A stretch of 64,000 nucleotides of DNA, taken from NCBI GenBank assembly GCA_963699525.1, contig CAVOUI010000007.1, positions 183,665-247,664 of the forward strand, read 5' to 3'. Below are positions 18,358-27,042 of this stretch, piece by piece. Below the pieces are notes generated by a model. The model saw only the letters and a program-made list of their open reading frames with translations, had not been told where the DNA came from and ran no database searches. The DNA comes from an uncultured beta proteobacterium (GTDB lineage Bacteria; Pseudomonadota; Gammaproteobacteria; Burkholderiales; SG8-41). Numbering within the stretch: the first letter of the stretch is position 1; each line of letters starts with the position of its first letter. A program made the translations under genes and the position numbers.

Positions 18358-19521
18358 CTACTTCGCCGCCGGCTTCAGCCCCTTGAACGCGAGCTTCTGC
18401 AGGCCGCGAGTGGTGGCGGCGACATAGATGTTGCCTTTCGAATCAGTCGCGATCTGGTGTCCTCCCCCCAGGAAACCGGGGCCTCCGATCAGGTCCACGA
18501 TCTCGAGCGTCCAGCGGTCGAGCACCACGATATCCACGCCTCCGCCGACGTACAAAAACTGCTGCTCTGCGTCGGCGGACAACGCGAGGTTGCGGGCAAA
18601 CGGCGCGTTATGCCGCACCCGCTGCGCCACGAACTTGCCGTCGCGGGTGAACATCTGCACCCGCCGGTTCTCCCGGTCGGCCACGTACACCGTGCCGTCG
18701 TACGACACGCGGATCGCATGCACGATGCTGTACTGGTCGGGGCCGGGGCCGTCGGGGACGGCCTTCAGGCTCGGCGGCGGGCACGCGTAGTTGTCCAGCG
18801 GCTGGCCGCCAAATGCGCCCCACATCCGCTTGAACTTGCCGGTATCCGCGTCAAACACGACGACGCGGTGGTTGCCGTAGCCATCGGCGACGAAAACCTC
18901 GTTCGTCCCCGGGTGTACCCATGCATCCGCCGGCTGCCGCAGGTTGAACGTATCGCCGTTGCCCTGGCTCCGGCCGCTGCGGCCGATCTGCATCACGAAC
19001 TTGCCCTCCGGCGTGAACTTAAGCAGCTGATCGTCCGCGACCGCCTTGAGCCCGGGCAGGTTGCGCGCCGGGCAGTTGTTGCCGCCGACCCACACGTAGC
19101 CCTTGTAGTCCACGTGTATGCCGTGCTCGCGCTCCGGCCATTCGAACCCGCTGCCCGGCCCGCCCCACGACCTGAGGAAATTTCCCGCCGCGTCGAACAC
19201 CAGAATCGCCGGCGCGGCCTGCGCGGACTCCCCTGGCTTCAGCGTGCGCGGGCGGCTCAAGACCCACACGTTGTCCTGCGCGTCGATGCCGATGCTCGAA
19301 GCGTCGCCGAGCTTCCACTGCGGTGGCATCTTCGGCCAGGACGGATCCACCTCGAATACCGGGACGACTTGCGCCCGCTTGGCGGCGCCGGGCGCGGTCG
19401 TCGCCCCGGACTGCTGCCCCGCGCAACCCGTTGTGATGACAGCCACCACCAGGACCGTACTGACCAGGTATTCGAGCCTCACAGTCTGCCTCCCCCCAAG
19501 GAAATTGACCGGGTGCCTCAT
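18358..19521 (-). CDS. NHL-repeat six-bladed beta-propeller lipoprotein (peptidyl-alpha-hydroxyglycine lyase-like)
   Basis: 387 aa. Lipobox VITTGCAG. Repeated blades such as NVWVLSR, YVWVGG, EVFVADGYGNHRVVVFD, TVYVADRENRRVQMF and NIYVA. Confidence 0.75.
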   Translation of the reverse strand: MRHPVNFLGGRQTVRLEYLVSTVLVVAVITTGCAGQQSGATTAPGAAKRAQVVPVFEVDPSWPKMPPQWKLGDASSIGIDAQDNVWVLSRPRTLKPGESAQAAPAILVFDAAGNFLRSWGGPGSGFEWPEREHGIHVDYKGYVWVGGNNCPARNLPGLKAVADDQLLKFTPEGKFVMQIGRSGRSQGNGDTFNLRQPADAWVHPGTNEVFVADGYGNHRVVVFDADTGKFKRMWGAFGGQPLDNYACPPPSLKAVPDGPGPDQYSIVHAIRVSYDGTVYVADRENRRVQMFTRDGKFVAQRVRHNAPFARNLALSADAEQQFLYVGGGVDIVVLDRWTLEIVDLIGGPGFLGGGHQIATDSKGNIYVAATTRGLQKLAFKGLKPAAK

Positions 19522-19536
19522 TGAACCGGCTGCGTG

Positions 19537-20523
19537 CTACTCCGTGCGGATGTTCGCCATTTTCGCGACGTTTCTCCACTTGGCGATCTCGACCGGCAGC
19601 ATCTTGCGCACCCCTGTGGGCGTGAGGATGTCGGTCTCGACGCCTTCCGCCTCAAAACGCTTGAGCGTCTCGGGCAGCTTGAGATAGCGCGTCATCTCGG
19701 CGCTCAGCTTGTTGATGACCGCCGGAGGCGTCTTGGCCGGCGCCCCGATGATCCAGAAATTGTTCGCCTCGTAGCCGGTGACGCCCGCCTCCGCGATGGT
19801 CGGAAGATCCGGCGCCGCGGCAGCGCGCTTGGCGCCGCTAGTGGCCAGTGCCCTCACCCTGCCGGAGGACATGTGCGGCAGCGTCTGGATCAGCGACCCG
19901 AGGTTGACCTGCGCCTGCCCGCCCATCACGTCCACCAGTGCGGGAAACCCGCCCTTGTAGACCACCACCAGCATCTTCATCCCGGACATGTGGTTGAACA
20001 TCTCGGCGGCGAAGTACGCGAACCCGCCTGAGGAGGTCATCGTCAGCTTGCCCGGCGCCGCCCTGCCGTACGCAAGCAGCTCCTGCGCGGTATTGACCTT
20101 GAGCGCGGGATTGACCGACAGCACGCTGGGGCCGAATCCCAGCTTGCCGATCCAGGAGAATGAATCGAGCGGATCGTAGGGCAGCTTGCTCCGCGTCGCC
20201 GCGATGACGGTGTGCGCAGCCGACGTCAGCAGCAGTGTGTGCCCATCGGGCCCGGCGCGCGAGACGATTTCGGCGGCGATGATGCCTTCCGCGCCGGCGC
20301 GGTTGTCCACCACCACCTGCCGGCCGAAGCGCTCGGTGAGGTACTGCGCGAAGTAGCGGCCCATGATGTCGTTGCTGCCGCCGGGTGGAAACGGCACGAG
20401 GAGCCGGATCGGCCGCGCGGGATAGCCCGGCGCGGGATCGTCCGCCGGGCCGCGCTGCGCCGCCTGGACACCGCCTGCGAGCGCGAGCAGCAACGCGAAG
20501 AACGATGCAACGACTTGAGCCAT
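19537..20523 (-). CDS. Bug/TctC family substrate-binding protein
   Basis: 328 aa. Signal peptide, then GYPARPIRLLVPFPPGGSNDIMGR. Ends ...VAKMANIRTE. Confidence 0.9.
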   Translation of the reverse strand: MAQVVASFFALLLALAGGVQAAQRGPADDPAPGYPARPIRLLVPFPPGGSNDIMGRYFAQYLTERFGRQVVVDNRAGAEGIIAAEIVSRAGPDGHTLLLTSAAHTVIAATRSKLPYDPLDSFSWIGKLGFGPSVLSVNPALKVNTAQELLAYGRAAPGKLTMTSSGGFAYFAAEMFNHMSGMKMLVVVYKGGFPALVDVMGGQAQVNLGSLIQTLPHMSSGRVRALATSGAKRAAAAPDLPTIAEAGVTGYEANNFWIIGAPAKTPPAVINKLSAEMTRYLKLPETLKRFEAEGVETDILTPTGVRKMLPVEIAKWRNVAKMANIRTE

Positions 20524-20565
20524 GCTCTCCTCCCTCCGCCGTCCGGTGCGGCTCTAACGATACGG

Positions 20566-21372
20566 CTACGACTCGCGCGGCATGACGTCCAGCCGGACGG
20601 CGATGCCATCGAGCGCTTTCGACACCGCCGGATAACGCGCCATCACCAGCGGGTCGTGGCCGGGGATGATGTGTCGGGGCGAATCCGCGAGCCGGCGCAG
20701 CGTATCGTAGCCCTCCAGCGCGTCTCCGATGTTGTACATGGACGTGAAGACGCGCCCCGCTTCCATGTGCTCGTAATAGTGAGCGGCGTCCGACGCCAGC
20801 ACCACCCAGCCGCGCTGGGTGTGGACCCGCACGGATTGCAGTCCCGGGGTATGCCCGCCGATGTGGTGCAGGCTCACACCGGGGGCGAGTTCCTCCGCTC
20901 CCTGATGGAACACGACGCGTTCCTTGAACAGCATGCGCACCATGCCGACCACGTCCTCGACCTCGAACGAGTGGGCAAATCGCGCGTGGCGCATGTGGCG
21001 GCCGGTGACGAAACGCATTTCCTCGTCCTGCAGGTGGAAGACGGCCTTCGGGAAATCGAAGAACGTCCCGACGTGATCGTAATGCATGTGCGTGATGACC
21101 ACGTCGCGCACTTCCTCGGCCTTGACTCCCAGCAGCGCCAGCCCCGCTTTCGGCGTGCGAAGGTATTCCCGCTTGCGTTTCACGGCGACCTCCGCGGTGA
21201 AGCCCGTGTCCACCACGATGGTCCGCTCCGCGCTGCGGATGAGCCACACGAAATAGTCCATCGGCATCGGCTCATCGTGAGGATCGCCGCCGATGAAATG
21301 CTCGTGACGCCGCGCATCGCGCCGCGCGTAGCGGATCGCGAAGACCTCGTAGACCGGCAGCGTCATGTCCAT
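20566..21372 (-). CDS. MBL-fold metallo-hydrolase (N-acyl homoserine lactonase-like family)
   Basis: ORF trimmed to ATG 21372 (MDMTLPVYEVFAIRY). Metal motif THMHYDHVG, with later HIGGHTPG and PGHD. Confidence 0.8.
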   Translation of the reverse strand: MDMTLPVYEVFAIRYARRDARRHEHFIGGDPHDEPMPMDYFVWLIRSAERTIVVDTGFTAEVAVKRKREYLRTPKAGLALLGVKAEEVRDVVITHMHYDHVGTFFDFPKAVFHLQDEEMRFVTGRHMRHARFAHSFEVEDVVGMVRMLFKERVVFHQGAEELAPGVSLHHIGGHTPGLQSVRVHTQRGWVVLASDAAHYYEHMEAGRVFTSMYNIGDALEGYDTLRRLADSPRHIIPGHDPLVMARYPAVSKALDGIAVRLDVMPRES

Positions 21373-21385
21373 TTCCTGCGTTTCT

Positions 21386-22309
21386 CTATCCCTCGCGCTC
21401 GACCACCGCCTGGATGTCCGCCGCGGGCACCTTGATGTCCACTTTCGCGCGCTCCTCCTGCAGCAGCAGGAACGCCCGTGAGTCCCGGGCACCCCAGCCG
21501 CGATTCATCGCTTCGCCCATTTCCGCGTGCGCGAGCGAAACGAGCCGCATCGGCACCCCGATCTCGCGCGCGAGCTCGGTCGCGAGCGTGACGTCCTTGA
21601 ACGCGAGATTGAGCGCAAATTCCGGCGGGTCGAACTTGCCCTGCAGGAAATTGTCGGCCATGCGCTCGAAGGTGCGCTTGCGCCCCAGCGCGCCCTGGCG
21701 GATTGCGGACCACAACGCTAGCGGCTCGACGCCCGCCTTCACGCCCATAGTGAAGACCTCGGCCACCGCGCAATGGATCGCGTAGCCCGCGGCGTTGTGC
21801 ACGAGCTTTGCGATCGAGCCGGCTCCGATCGGGCCGATGTAGCGCACCTGGTCGCCGATGGAATCGAGCACCGCACGGAATTTTTCGAACACCGCGCGGT
21901 CGCCCCCAACCCAGAGCGCTAGCTTGCCGCTCTTCGCCCCCTTCGGCCCGCCGCTGACCGGCGCATCGAGCACCGGGATTCCCTTGGCCGCGAAGCGCTC
22001 GTGCAGCCGCCGCATCACGGTCGGCGAATTGGTCGACAGGTCGAACCACGGCACGCCGCGGCGCAAGGTTTGTATCAGCCCTTCGGCAACCGCTTCCACT
22101 TCGCGCGGCCCCGGCAGCGAGGTGAGCACGATGTCCGCATCCCTGGCCACTGCCGCGGGCGAGTCCGCCCAGGTACAGCCCGCCGCGAGATGTGGCTTTG
22201 CCGCGTCGCGCCGCAGGTCGTGAACGATCAGATCGTACCCGCCCTTGGAGCGCGCATTGAGCGCCATGCTCGCACCCATGGTTCCCAAGCCTATGAAGCC
22301 GATTCGCAT
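21386..22309 (-). CDS. NAD(P)-dependent 3-hydroxyisobutyrate dehydrogenase-family oxidoreductase
   Basis: 307 aa. MRIGFIGLGTMGASMA Rossmann motif and a 6-PGDH-type NAD-binding layout. Confidence 0.88.
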   Translation of the reverse strand: MRIGFIGLGTMGASMALNARSKGGYDLIVHDLRRDAAKPHLAAGCTWADSPAAVARDADIVLTSLPGPREVEAVAEGLIQTLRRGVPWFDLSTNSPTVMRRLHERFAAKGIPVLDAPVSGGPKGAKSGKLALWVGGDRAVFEKFRAVLDSIGDQVRYIGPIGAGSIAKLVHNAAGYAIHCAVAEVFTMGVKAGVEPLALWSAIRQGALGRKRTFERMADNFLQGKFDPPEFALNLAFKDVTLATELAREIGVPMRLVSLAHAEMGEAMNRGWGARDSRAFLLLQEERAKVDIKVPAADIQAVVEREG

Positions 22310-22421
22310 ATCCCCTCCTGCCGGTTACGACTTGCCGCGGCGGCGCGCGGCGTTGCGTCCACGCGTTGGTCTCACTACCGGGTTGTTGTGAAGCTTATCA
22401 CGCGATGGATATCATCCCGGC

Positions 22422-24407
22422 ATGCTGATCGCCCAACCCGGCCGCATGGGCCCGCTCACGCTGCGCAATCGCATCATCATGGGGCCGATGGGCACCAACT
22501 ACGGCACCACGGACGGTTTTTCCACCGAGCGCGACAAGCTTTACTACGGCGAGCGGGCAAAAGGCGGCGCCGCGATGATCATCACCGAAGCCATGGTGAT
22601 TCAGCCGGGCGCGCGCAACCACACCAACTCCCTGTGCCTGTTCCACGATCGCTATATCCCCGGCCTCGCCAGCGTCGTCGAGGCGATTCACGAAGGGGGC
22701 GCGCTGGCCGTGGGCCAGATCAATCACCGCGGGGCGCTACTCAAGCGATCGGTGCTGGGGATGGAGCCGGTGACGGCATCCGATTGGCACAACCCCAACA
22801 CCGGCGAGCCGGCGCGCGCCGTGACCCTCGCCGAGATCGAGGCGATCCAGCGCGCCTTCCTCGATTCCGCGCGCCGCCTCTACCGCGCCGGATACGACGC
22901 GGTCGAGCTGCACGCCGCGAACGGCTATCTCTTCCAGCAGTTCCTGAGCCCGCGCATCAACCGGCGGGAGGATCGCTACGGTGGATCGATCGAAAACCGG
23001 ATGCGCCTGCTGTTGGAGACTGCGGTGCTCATACGCGCGGAGTTGCCGGACTTTCCGCTCATGGTGCGGGTCAGCGCCACCGAGTACCGCGAGGGCGGCT
23101 ATACCGAAGCGGACATGATCGTGCTGTGCCGGGCGCTGGAGCGCGCGGGCGTGATCGCGATCGATCTGTCCGGCGGCACCAACGAAAGCCCGGAGTTGTC
23201 GCGCTACTGCATCCAGCCGCCCTCCTTCGCGCGCCGCTTTCTTGAGCCCTACGCGCGCCCGATCGCCAAGGCAGTCGGCATTCCGACCGTCATGGCGGGG
23301 CGGATCATAGACCCGGAGGACGCAGAGGGCATTCTTCAGGCCGGCAGCGCCGATTTCGTGGCAGTCTGCCGCGCCCTGGTGGCCGACGCGTGGTGGCCGC
23401 GCAAGGCATTCGGCGAGATCAAGACGCCCATCCGCAAGTGCATCTCGTGCAACGTCTGCTTTGAGCGGCTGACGCTCGAGCGTGATGTGGCCTGCGTGAC
23501 CAACCCGATGGTCGGCCTCGAGTACGAGCGCATCGAGTGGGCGGAGCCGCAATTGCGTCCGCGCGCGTCCCCGCCAGCGAGGCGCAAGCGCGTCCTGGTT
23601 CTGGGGGCGGGCGTGGCCGGGGTCGAGACCGCGCGCGTGGCGGCGGGCCTCGGACACCAGGTCGAAATCTGGGAGAAAGCCGCGAAGCCGGGCGGCCAGA
23701 TGCCGCTCGCGCTGGCCGCCCCGGACAAGGGCGACGTGGCCGGTGTGTGGACGTATCGCTGGGAGCAGATCGAGAGCCTCGGCGTGCCCGTGCGCCTCAA
23801 CGTGAACGCAACCGCCGAATCGATCCGAGAATACGGGCCCGACCTGGTGGTGATCGCGACGGGCGCCAAGCCGCGGCCGCTCCCGTTTCCGGTCAGGACC
23901 CGTGTCCCGCTGCTGCACGCCTGGGACGCGCTGCTCGAGCAGGAGCGCGTGCCGCGCGGCGCGCGCGTCGCCATCATCGGCGGCGGCATGGCGGGGATCG
24001 AAACCGCCGACACGCTCATCCACTACCGCGGAATCAAGGCCACGGTCATCGAAGCTCTGCCCGTGATCGCCCGGGAGATGGCCCGCAACAACCGCTACGA
24101 CGTGCTCGACCGGCTGGCGAAGAGCGGCGCGCGCGTGCTCACCAGCGCCCCGGTGGAATCCATCGAGGACGACACGATCTGGGCGAAGGTGGCGGGGGCG
24201 CGCGTGCCGGTCGAGGCCGGCGATCTGATCATCTCCGCCATCGGCCCCGTGCCCAACCGCGACATCGTGCCGGAGGTCGAGCGCTCGGGTGCGCCCTACG
24301 TGCTGGCGGGTGACTGCAACCAGATCGGAGATTTCCTGACGGCGATACGCGACGGCTGGATGCTGGCACTCGCCGTTGACAGGCGTCTCCCCGAATCCCG
24401 GCGCTAG
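22422..24407 (+). CDS. Old Yellow Enzyme-type NADH:flavin oxidoreductase fused to an FAD/NAD(P) domain (2,4-dienoyl-CoA reductase-like)
   Basis: 661 aa. OYE N-terminus (GPLTLRNRIIMGPM...), Cys cluster CISCNVCFERL, then VLVLGAGVAGVE and IIGGGMAGIE dinucleotide folds. Confidence 0.88.
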   Translation: MLIAQPGRMGPLTLRNRIIMGPMGTNYGTTDGFSTERDKLYYGERAKGGAAMIITEAMVIQPGARNHTNSLCLFHDRYIPGLASVVEAIHEGGALAVGQINHRGALLKRSVLGMEPVTASDWHNPNTGEPARAVTLAEIEAIQRAFLDSARRLYRAGYDAVELHAANGYLFQQFLSPRINRREDRYGGSIENRMRLLLETAVLIRAELPDFPLMVRVSATEYREGGYTEADMIVLCRALERAGVIAIDLSGGTNESPELSRYCIQPPSFARRFLEPYARPIAKAVGIPTVMAGRIIDPEDAEGILQAGSADFVAVCRALVADAWWPRKAFGEIKTPIRKCISCNVCFERLTLERDVACVTNPMVGLEYERIEWAEPQLRPRASPPARRKRVLVLGAGVAGVETARVAAGLGHQVEIWEKAAKPGGQMPLALAAPDKGDVAGVWTYRWEQIESLGVPVRLNVNATAESIREYGPDLVVIATGAKPRPLPFPVRTRVPLLHAWDALLEQERVPRGARVAIIGGGMAGIETADTLIHYRGIKATVIEALPVIAREMARNNRYDVLDRLAKSGARVLTSAPVESIEDDTIWAKVAGARVPVEAGDLIISAIGPVPNRDIVPEVERSGAPYVLAGDCNQIGDFLTAIRDGWMLALAVDRRLPESRR

Positions 24408-24478
24408 CAAGCGGCGGCGTACGGCCCTACACTCTGAATCCCGGGAAACCCGTCCAAGCAATAGGAGGAGCCGTTCAC

Positions 24479-25438
24479 ATGGTGCGCATCGGAGTCCTGA
24501 TTTGCATTTTGGTCGCGGCGGCAGGCGCCCCGGCCCACGCCCAGTCCTATCCATCGAAGCCGATCCGCCTGGTGAACGCGTTCGCCCCGGGCGGGGCGAG
24601 CGACGTGGTCGCCCGCGCCTTCGCCGCCAAGCTGACCGAGTACCTGGGGCAGCAGGTCACGGTCGAGCCCCGCGTCGGCGCCGGCGGCAACATTGCCGCG
24701 GAAACCGTCGCCCGCGCCCCGGCCGACGGATACACGCTGCTGATGGGGACCTTTTTTCTCGCCACCAACACGAGCCTCTACTCCAAGATCAGCTGGGATC
24801 CGCAGCGGGATTTCGCGCCGATCTCGATGGTGACCGCATCGCCCCTGATCCTGTGCGTGCATCCGTCGCTGCCGGCGCGAAGCACGAAGGAGCTGATCGC
24901 CCTGGCGAAGAAGCAGCCGGGCGAGCTCAACTTCCCGTCCGCGGGCAACGGCACGTCCATGCACCTGGGCAGCGAGCTTTTCAACATGATGGCCGGGATC
25001 AAGACCGTGCACGTGCCCTACAAGGGCTCGGGTCCGGGCGTCCTCGACCTGGTGGCCGGGCGGCTGCACTTCATGCTGAACCCGATGCCCGAGCCGGTGC
25101 CGTTCATTCATGCGGGAAGGCTGCGGGCGCTCGCGACGTCGACTGCGAAGCGCATCTCCGCGCTGCCCGATCTGCCGCCGGTCGCGGACGCGGTTCCCGG
25201 CTACGACGTGGTGACCTGGCAAGGTCTCGTCGCGCCGGCCGGAACGCCGAAGGAGATCATCGACCGGTTGAATGCCGAGCTGGTGAAATCGCTCCAGGAC
25301 CGGGAGTTCGCCACGCGCATGCGCGGCATGGGCCTCGAGCTCTACGGCACGACGCCGGCCCAGTTCGCCCAGTTCATCCGCGACGAGACTGCGAAGTGGG
25401 CGAAGGTCATCAAGGCGACCGGTGCGCGGGTCGATTGA
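24479..25438 (+). CDS. Bug/TctC family substrate-binding protein
   Basis: 319 aa. AGGAGGAG Shine-Dalgarno. Signal peptide followed by QSYPSKPIRLVNAFAPGGASDVVAR. Confidence 0.9.
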   Translation: MVRIGVLICILVAAAGAPAHAQSYPSKPIRLVNAFAPGGASDVVARAFAAKLTEYLGQQVTVEPRVGAGGNIAAETVARAPADGYTLLMGTFFLATNTSLYSKISWDPQRDFAPISMVTASPLILCVHPSLPARSTKELIALAKKQPGELNFPSAGNGTSMHLGSELFNMMAGIKTVHVPYKGSGPGVLDLVAGRLHFMLNPMPEPVPFIHAGRLRALATSTAKRISALPDLPPVADAVPGYDVVTWQGLVAPAGTPKEIIDRLNAELVKSLQDREFATRMRGMGLELYGTTPAQFAQFIRDETAKWAKVIKATGARVD

Positions 25439-25445
25439 CCGGCGT

Positions 25446-25505
25446 CCCAGAGAAGACCCCCTCGCCCCGCGGCTGCGGGGAGAGGGTTGGGGTGAGGGGC
25501 AAGGG
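25446..25505. repeat. GC-rich REP-like element (hairpin plus GGGGTGAGGGG arm)
   Basis: CCCTCGCCCCGC-GGCT-GCGGGGAGAGGG followed by TTGGGGTGAGGGGCAAGGGGAG, in the 76-nt gap between two Bug genes. It is the mirror-image architecture of the element at 58245-58291. Confidence 0.6.
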
Positions 25506-25514
25506 GAGCCGACA

Positions 25515-26495
25515 ATGAATTCGATTCATCGGTGGTTGTGTCATTGTGCCGTCGCAATGGCTGCATGCGGTGTAGCGGGAACGGCTGCCGCGCAGGGCTA
25601 TCCCGCGAAGCCCATTCGCTTCGTGATCACCTACCCGACCGGCGGCGGCTCCGACTACACGGTGCGGCCGATCGCGCAGAAGCTCTCGGAGCGCTGGGGC
25701 CAGCCCGTCGTCGTCGAAAGCCGGCCCGGCGGCAGCGCCATGATCGGCACCGATTTCGTCGTCAGGAGCGCGCCCGATGGCTACACCCTGCTCCTCAGCG
25801 CCTCGAGCGAAGTGTCGATGAACGTGGTGCTGTTCAAGAAGATGCCCTACGACCCGGTGCGGGATCTCCAGCCGGTGACGCTCGTCGGCACCACTCCGCC
25901 GATACTGCTCGCCCATCCTTCGCTGCCGGTGAAATCGGTAAAAGAGCTCGTCGCGCTCGCGCGCGCCCGGCCCGGCGCGCTGAGCTACGGTTCGATCGGC
26001 ACGGGAACGCCGCAGCACTTTGCGGGGGAATTGTTCAAGACGACGTTTCACATCGACATGGTGCACGTGCCGTATAAGGGCGCGGCGCCCGCGCTGATCG
26101 ATGTGATCGGCGGCCACGTGCCGCTCGCGCTGACCGCGCCGACCGTGGCGATCCCGCACGTGAAAGCCGGCAGGCTGCGGGGGCTGGCGGTGACTTCGGA
26201 GAAGCGCTCCGGGGCGATACCGGACGTGCCGACGATCGCCGAGTCCGGAGCGCCCGGGTTCGACATCGTGCAGTGGTACGCGATCTGGATGCCCGCAAGA
26301 CCGGCGAAGGATCTTCTGGACAGGATCCACGGCGAGATCGTGCGCATCATCCAATCGCCGGACTACAAGCAGCGCCAGCTCGAGGCCGCGACCGACGTCG
26401 TCGGCTCCAGCGCCGAATTCCTCGCGGATCGCCAGAAGGCCGACATCGAGAAATACCGCAAGATCGCGCTCGCGGCGGGGATCACTCCGGAGTAG
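25515..26495 (+). CDS. Bug/TctC family substrate-binding protein
   Basis: ORF 25422.. trimmed to ATG 25515. MNSIHRWLCHCAVAMAACGVAGTAAAQGYPAKPIRFVITYPTGGGSDYTVR. Confidence 0.9.
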   Translation: MNSIHRWLCHCAVAMAACGVAGTAAAQGYPAKPIRFVITYPTGGGSDYTVRPIAQKLSERWGQPVVVESRPGGSAMIGTDFVVRSAPDGYTLLLSASSEVSMNVVLFKKMPYDPVRDLQPVTLVGTTPPILLAHPSLPVKSVKELVALARARPGALSYGSIGTGTPQHFAGELFKTTFHIDMVHVPYKGAAPALIDVIGGHVPLALTAPTVAIPHVKAGRLRGLAVTSEKRSGAIPDVPTIAESGAPGFDIVQWYAIWMPARPAKDLLDRIHGEIVRIIQSPDYKQRQLEAATDVVGSSAEFLADRQKADIEKYRKIALAAGITPE

Positions 26496-26517
26496 TCGCT
26501 GTAGTAGCAAGCGCCCT

Positions 26518-26937
26518 ATGACGCGGATTCCGATTTGTTCCCGCCTGTTGGCGCCGTTCTGGCTGGCTGCCTCCCTGTCGCTGGTGGTCGCCCCGCAGGA
26601 GGCGGGAGCGCACAGCAAGTACGCCGTCGCCCACGAATCAGCGGCGGACCATGCCGAAGGCGCAGTAGCCACTGAAACCGGCCACAGTACCAATCATTAC
26701 GCAGTTGCCGGCTGGTCGCGGTCCTGTCCCGGTCGTTCCGGCACCACGTGCTGCTGCGGTGGCGCGACTGCGTGCACCGGCACTGCACAGCTGCCGGTCG
26801 CCTGCTCCGGCGGGTGGAGCTTCTCGGCGCCGACGCCTGTTGTCCGCGCCGTGAACGGACTTTACGCCCGGGCACTCCTGCCACGGCTGCGGTCGCTGCC
26901 ACCCTCACCTCCGCGCGGTCCTCCGCTTTCTTCCTGA
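26518..26937 (+). CDS. secreted Cys/His-rich small protein, function unknown (DUF2946-like flavour)
   Basis: 139 aa. Signal peptide ending QEAGA|HS, a His-rich stretch (HSKYAVAHESAADHAEGAVATETGHSTNH), Cys cluster CCCGGATAC...VAC, and a C-terminal PPRGPP. No obvious Shine-Dalgarno. The opposite-strand ORF is Arg-rich nonsense. Confidence 0.5.
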   Translation: MTRIPICSRLLAPFWLAASLSLVVAPQEAGAHSKYAVAHESAADHAEGAVATETGHSTNHYAVAGWSRSCPGRSGTTCCCGGATACTGTAQLPVACSGGWSFSAPTPVVRAVNGLYARALLPRLRSLPPSPPRGPPLSS

Positions 26938-27042
26938 TCGATTGCCCGAAGTTCCGTCGCCCATTATGGCGGCGGGCCTAATCGCGCACCCGTTTTCATA
27001 AGGGGCCGCGCGCGTTGCATTCCATTGCGAAGGGAGGGGGCC

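Noticed and set aside
20566-21372. The MBL-fold lactonase-like gene as evidence for a quorum-quenching system.
   Set aside because: Only the generic HxHxDH metallo-hydrolase motif and the protein size support the call. There are no luxI/luxR-type genes nearby, and the gene sits in a catabolic operon. Substrate assignment is not justified from sequence alone.
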